Of a stretch of DNA of 64,000 nucleotides, positions 58,540 through 64,000 are shown piece after piece (position 1 is the first letter of the stretch; every line of letters starts with the position of its first letter). Below the pieces are notes generated by a model. It saw nothing but the letters and a program-made list of their open reading frames with translations. It made no database searches and was not told the DNA's origin. A program made the position numbers and the translations under genes. This DNA is from Eledone cirrhosa (lineage: Eukaryota), in assembly GCA_964016885.1 (NCBI GenBank), contig OZ024741.1, positions 218,054,001 through 218,118,000 on the forward strand. The letters run 5' to 3'.

Positions 58540-58867
58540 TCAGGATTTTACCAGTTTTAAACTCATAAGATCAAAGTACTCGATACTTGGGATAGTAGAG
58601 TGTAACTATATTAAAGGGAGTCGGCCCCCGACGGCTGAGCTCTTGCCGTTTAGATAGACTAGACTTAGCTATCGAAACGGCATATATTTAGTATAGAAAG
58701 GGCTTCTACAGGACTGAGAAATCCATGATTTCGGAAGAAATCATGATGATTTCTCCGAAATGAAACAGTTCTAGTCCTGTAGAAGCCATTTCTATATTAA
58801 ATAGTTATACTCTGCTTTGTATTGAGTACCTTACCGTGGTTACCCCCGATTGAACCCGGGATAAACG

Positions 58868-58868
<1 letters not shown>
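58540..58868. mobile_element. Head-to-head pLTR-like fragments with decayed hammerhead at 58743-58787 (+)
   Basis: atgatga-tttc tcc gaaa t-gaaacag ttctagtc ctgta-gaagcc; 5' stem I lost at the inversion. Confidence 0.65.
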
Positions 58869-58902
<34 letters not shown>

Positions 58903-59714
58903 TATATATATATAAATGAGACGTATAGAGATTGTTTTAGCAAGAAGCTAACGGCATTCTATAACATATATGCGACTATAACGTCAAGATGGGAAAAGTA
59001 GTTAACGAAAGATTTAGGAAAAATAACTCAAACTCATCTCAAAAGAGAATCAGGATACAAATTCATCCACAGAATTTAGTAAAATCCATGGAAAAATCTA
59101 TAGACCTTTAACTCATGATAAAACAAAGTTTGAAACACTTATCCTTCAATTTGGAATAACATCAAATGCTCTGTATAGTCTTAAAAGACTATTTCATGAA
59201 AACTTTCAGTGGAGATGGTCACGGTTGGATATCATTCATCAGCAGAGCTCAACAGAAAACCAGGGCTCTCACAGTAATATAGTCCGAAAAAGGGAATTCT
59301 AAAACTGGCTAGTTCGCCTTCATGTGTATTTATGAAAAAGCACATGAGGAAAAAACGGGGCTAGTGACGTCAGGATGGAAGTGAATGTTTATTTACAAGA
59401 AATAGCAGTCAAATACATTCTGAAAAAAAACTCTACAAGGAGTTCAGCATATATATATATACTCCTGTCGGAGTAGCTACTTTCCTATATAACTACCGTA
59501 TCTACTGTATGTATGATATTGTCCGACCACGTGGTATTGTCGTCCATATCCGGTTCCATTAGGCCAATGATCACCAAGCTTCTGTTGTTTCTTGTTGTTT
59601 CTTGTTGTTTCTTCCTTAAGATGGTCACGACTGGGATTCACACACATTTCCAATTTCTTACACTTAAATCTTCGTAAAATTTCTAGTTATTTCAATTTCT
59701 CTGTTTGTGAATGT

Positions 59715-59754
<40 letters not shown>

Positions 59755-60027
59755 CGAAGGAAATGTGGTAAGGAACCAGGTGGACCATAACGCACCAAAG
59801 TACTCAATACTTAGGGTAGTAGAGTGGGTAATAGGAACCAGTAAGACCCCGACGGCTGAGCTCAAGCCGTTTCGACGGCTAATTTATATATATAAGCAAG
59901 CAAGTAAGTGTTGGTAAAATCCAGTACTTCAGTATGCGGATGGGGAGCACTCAACGAATATATAAGTTCCGGAGTTATAATATTGACGAAACATAAGTCA
60001 ATTGCATGAACTCATAATCCTTTATTT

Positions 60028-60083
60028 ACTGCTATATATATTTCGATGATAGCCATTGAATGGCTATGACCTCATCAGGCAGT
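60028..60083 (-). ncRNA. Type I hammerhead ribozyme
   Basis: Reverse complement of 60231-60286. Confidence 0.85.
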
Positions 60084-60230
60084 TAGTCAGTTCTTAGATA
60101 TGCCAGCTCTGTGTTTATAGTGTTAATGGTATCAGAGCCTTGGGACATAGCTCTGATACCATCTGATGTCCCAAGGCTCTGATACCATCAACACTATAAA
60201 CACAGAGCTGGCATATCTAAGAACTGACTA

Positions 60231-60286
60231 ACTGCCTGATGAGGTCATAGCCATTCAATGGCTATCATCGAAATATATATAGCAGT
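60231..60286 (+). ncRNA. Type I hammerhead ribozyme (AUA site)
   Basis: actgc-CTGATGA-ggt c atagcca ttcaa tggctat c atc-GAAA tatat ATA-gcagt, then aataaa. Confidence 0.85.
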
Positions 60287-60602
60287 AAATAAAGGATTAT
60301 GAGTTCATGCAATTGACTTATGTTTCGTCACTATATATATATATATATATATACGTTATTCCGGGTTGAATCGGAGGTAACCGCAGTAAGTAAGGTACTC
60401 AATACATAGCAGAGTATAAAAGTTTTAATATAGATGAGATTCTACAGGACTAGAACTGTTTCATTTTTTAGAAACCATCAGGAATTATATATATATATAT
60501 AACGAAGGAAGAGTGGTAAGGAACCAGATGGACGATAACGCACCAGAGTACTCAATACTTAGTGTAGTAGAATGGGTAATAGGAAAATGTTTGACCCCGA
60601 CG

Positions 60603-60972
60603 GGAGAAGGAAAACTCTGATATAACACCTGCAACCCTGATGGTATCCAATGATGTTGAATTGTTCTTCTTTTTGGTAAATATCATCTTGGTTAAGAGAG
60701 TGGGACTGGCTTTGTGCAGTGCCTTTGCTCACTATAAAAGCTTCACGGCACAGGCATTGCTTTATATCTGGAGATCTCTCTGCACTTGTCGTCACATGGT
60801 ACCATGGGCCCAGCACTATGTGTCAATAATTATCACAGGTGTAGTGTTTGTACCAGAGTTTTCAAGTCGCTGGCTGGACTAAAAAGTCAGACTCTTTCAG
60901 CGCATCGGTAGAGGTTCTCCTACATGGATATAAAGTAGTGGCCGTACTCGAAAACGAGTTGGCATCCACCAT
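60603..60972 (+). mobile_element. Non-autonomous RTE-derived retroelement, copy 7 (5' truncated, abutting a family B pLTR fragment)
   Basis: Sequence identity with the family. Confidence 0.85.
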
Positions 60973-61000
60973 GTATGTATGTATATATGTATGAATGTTG

Positions 61001-61572
61001 AGTGCTACTGGTAACATGAAACCCAATACAACCTGTCGCATGGTCGGTTCGTCGGCGATTAAACCGGCAACCCCAACAAGTTGGTGAGGAGGGTGATTTT
61101 GGACACCCCGCAGGACAAAAAACAAAAATCTGACAAAGGGCGGAAGAACTCATAAGAGTCAACGGCCATCCAAAAGTGTGTAAATATGAATATACACATG
61201 TACATATGTATGTATATGCGCGGGGACATAGAAATATTCGGGCTGGACACCCGATCACGCGATTAAACCACTGGGAGTGAAGGACTCCTAGACTTTGTCA
61301 GGGAATTCTTCTAGGAGAAGGCAACTCAGGAAACTGGGATAACTCCGATATAAAACCTGCGGCTCAGTAGTTACCGATGATGTTGATCTTTTCTTCTTTT
61401 CGGGTTATAGCTACTGTCGCTCAGAGAGTCGGATTAGCTGAGTGCACAGACTTTCCTCACTTTAAAAAAATATCTTTACGCATAGGCATTGCTCGGTAGA
61501 ATTAATTAATAATTATTAATAATGGTATATCGTGCGATGGCCATATTCGATAACGAGGGGGCAGCCATCATA
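61001..61572 (+). mobile_element. Diverged subfamily of the RTE-derived element
   Basis: Colinear but diverged; 3' end tggccatattcgataacgagggggcagccatcat resembles the LINE tail at 27667-27699. Confidence 0.7.
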
Positions 61573-61584
61573 TTTGTATGTATG

Positions 61585-62240
61585 TTCTTCTGGTTTTATA
61601 ATTTCACAATTTTTTTCCCAATAGAGAGAGAGTCGGTTTTTAACATAGACACAAGACTCTCACATTGGAATTTACACAACATCAACTAGGTAGATTATGT
61701 ATGCATGGATGTATGTGTAGATATGGATGTTATTGTATGTGTGGATGTGTATGTTTTGAGTTGTATGTGTTCATGTGTATAAGCTTTGTATCTGTACATG
61801 TGTATATGCAGTTATTAGATTCAACATTTTTGGAATGTTTTACATATTTTTACTGTTCCATTAATGGATTGTACTTGTAATTTCCTAACTATTTGTGTTC
61901 TTTCTGTTCATGTGAAGCGTAGCCTCTCAAGATTTGTATTGCGGCAGTTACTAACATACCCCAGTGGTCCAATAATCACAGGCATAAATCTGAAGGTGTA
62001 ATCAGGGTGGAGTATCTGCAGATTTCTCTTCAGTTCTGCATAAATATTCTCCTTTTCGCTAATCTTTGATATTATATTAGCAACTGCTGGGCAGCTAATT
62101 TCCACTACTGTGCATGCATTCTTCTCCCTGTCCCATATCATAATATCTGGTCTGTTATGACTGCCTTTTATTGGGGTTTTTACTGGAACATTCCACCAGT
62201 ACTCTTTCATATTATGTAGATGGATGTCTTCCACATTGCT
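61585..62240 (-). mobile_element. R4/Dong-like non-LTR retrotransposon 3' fragment: restriction-like endonuclease domain plus 3' UTR
   Basis: HNRPDIMIWD..VVEISCP..N..KISEKENIYAEL..FMPVIIGPLGYV fits the PD..(D/E)xK-type RLE. Confidence 0.78.
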
Positions 62241-62287
62241 GTAGCTTTTAATGTGTTTATTATGTATGTATGAATGTATGTATGTAT

Positions 62288-62894
62288 GTCAGGTCACCAG
62301 TTGGTGCTACTGGTAACATGTATCCCAGTACAACCTGTCCCATGGTCGAGTCGTTGGTGACTAAACTGGCAACCCCACCAAGGTTTCTTGGTGAGGAGGG
62401 TGACTTTGGACATCCTGCAGGACTAAAAACAAAACCTGTCAAAGGGCAAAGGAGCTCTTAAGAGTCAATGGCCATCCAAAATCACCGGGAGAGATGACTC
62501 CTTAGCCTTTGTTAAGGCAGAATTCTAGAAGAAGGGAAAATCTGATATAACACCTGCAACCCTGATGGTATCCAATGATGTTGACTTGTTCTTCTGTTTG
62601 GTAAATATCATCTTGGTTAAGAGAGTGGGACTGGCTTTGTGCAGTGCCTTTGCTCACTATAAAAGCTTCACGGCACAGGCATTGCTTTATATGTGGAGAT
62701 CTCTCTGCACTTGTCGTCACATGGTACCATGGGCCCAGCACTATGTGTCAATAATTGTCACAAGTGTAGTGTTTGTACCAGAGTGTTCAAGTCGCTGGCT
62801 GGACTAAAAAGTCACACTCGTTCAGCGCATCGGTAGGGGTTCTACATGGATATAAAGTAGTGGCTGTACTCGAAAACGAGTTGGCAGCCACCAT
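62288..62894 (+). mobile_element. Non-autonomous RTE-derived retroelement, copy 9 (full length)
   Basis: Sequence identity with the family. Confidence 0.85.
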
Positions 62895-62974
62895 GTATGT
62901 ATGTATGTATGTATGTATGTATGTATGTATGTATGTATGTATGTATGTATGTATGTATGTATGTATGTATGTAT

Positions 62975-63315
62975 GTTCTTCTGGTTTTATAATTTCACAA
63001 ATTTTTTCCCAATAAAGAGAGAGTCGGTTTCTAACATAGACACAAGACTCTCTCATTGGAATTTACACATCAACTAGGTAGATTATGTATGCATGCATGT
63101 GTAGATATGGATGTTATTGTATGTGTGGAGGTGTATGTTTTGAGTTGTATGTGTGCATGTGTTTATGCTTTGTATCTGTACATGTGTATATGCAGTCATT
63201 AGATGCAACATTTTTGGAATGTTTTACATATTTTTACTGTTCCATTAATACTTGTAATTTCCTAACTAGTTGTGTTCTCTCTGTTCCTGTGAAACTTAGC
63301 TTCTCAAGATTTGTA
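62975..63315 (-). mobile_element. Second copy of the R4/Dong-like 3' end
   Basis: Similar to 61585-61940; a third copy starts at ~63958. Confidence 0.75.
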
Positions 63316-63341
63316 TGTATGAATGTATGTATGTATGTATG

Positions 63342-63375
<34 letters not shown>

Positions 63376-63471
63376 TGTATGTATGTATGTATGTATGTAT
63401 GTATGTATTATGTATGTATGTATGTATGTATGTATGTATGTATGTATGTATGTATGTATGTATGTATGTAT

Positions 63472-63937
63472 GTCAGGTCACCAGTTGGTGCTACTGGTAA
63501 CATTTATCCCAGTACAACCTGTCCCATGGTCGGGTCGTTGGTGACTAAACTGGCAACCCCACCAAGGTTTCTTGGTGAGGAGGGTGACTTTGGACATCCT
63601 GCAGGACTAAAAACAAAACCTGTCAAAGGGCAAAGGAGCTCTTAAGAGTCAATGGTTTTGTGCAGTGGGACTGGTTTTGTGCAGTGCCTTTGCTCACTAT
63701 AAAAGCTTCAAGGCACAGGCATTGCTTTATATGTGGAGATCTCTCTGCACTTGTCGTCACACGGTACCATGGGCCCAGCACTATGTGTCAATAATTGTCA
63801 CAAGTGTAGTGTTTGTACCAGAGTGTTCAAGTCTCTGGCTGGACTAAAAAGTCACACTCGTTCAGTGCATCGGTAGGGGTTCTCCTACATGGATATAAAG
63901 TAGTGGCCGTACTCGAAAATGAGTTGGCAGCCACCAT
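63472..63937 (+). mobile_element. Non-autonomous RTE-derived retroelement, copy 10 (internal deletion)
   Basis: Jumps from gtcaatgg to the gtgggactgg region. Confidence 0.85.
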
Positions 63938-64000
63938 GTATGTATGTATGTATGTATGTTCTTCTGGTTTTATAATTTCACACATTTTTTTCCCAATAAA

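Larger units (their letters stand above)
59985..60330. mobile_element. Inverted-repeat element (~164-bp arms) carrying two divergent hammerheads
   Basis: Arms ~59985-60148/60167-60330. Confidence 0.85.

Overview
Eukaryotic, extremely repeat-rich, essentially gene-free window. The SINE families and microsatellite load suggest a cephalopod (Octopus-like) genome; this is inference. Bases 1-16.3 kb are tandem arrays: a 101-bp repeat, a 19/25-bp minisatellite, a 24-bp minisatellite, and a fixed-core/(GA)n array containing a 200-N scaffold gap. The rest is (TA)n/(CA)n/(TATG)n microsatellite packed with mobile elements: Penelope-like element (PLE) fragments (a degraded Naiad-type RT, two GIY-YIG 3' ends), an RTE LINE 3' end and about 10 copies of a 610-bp non-autonomous RTE derivative, an R4/Dong-like RLE fragment, an internally deleted DNA transposon, and tRNA-derived SINEs. 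The main signal is non-coding. I can fold by eye 12 type I hammerhead ribozymes with intact CUGANGA/GAAA cores, plus several decayed ones, in at least 7 sequence families. They lie in tandem, terminally redundant or head-to-head inverted units of about 440-680 nt. This looks like a family of retrozyme-like (circular RNA / PLE pseudo-LTR) elements that insert into (TA)n tracts. Almost all ORFs in the supplied track are microsatellite artefacts.
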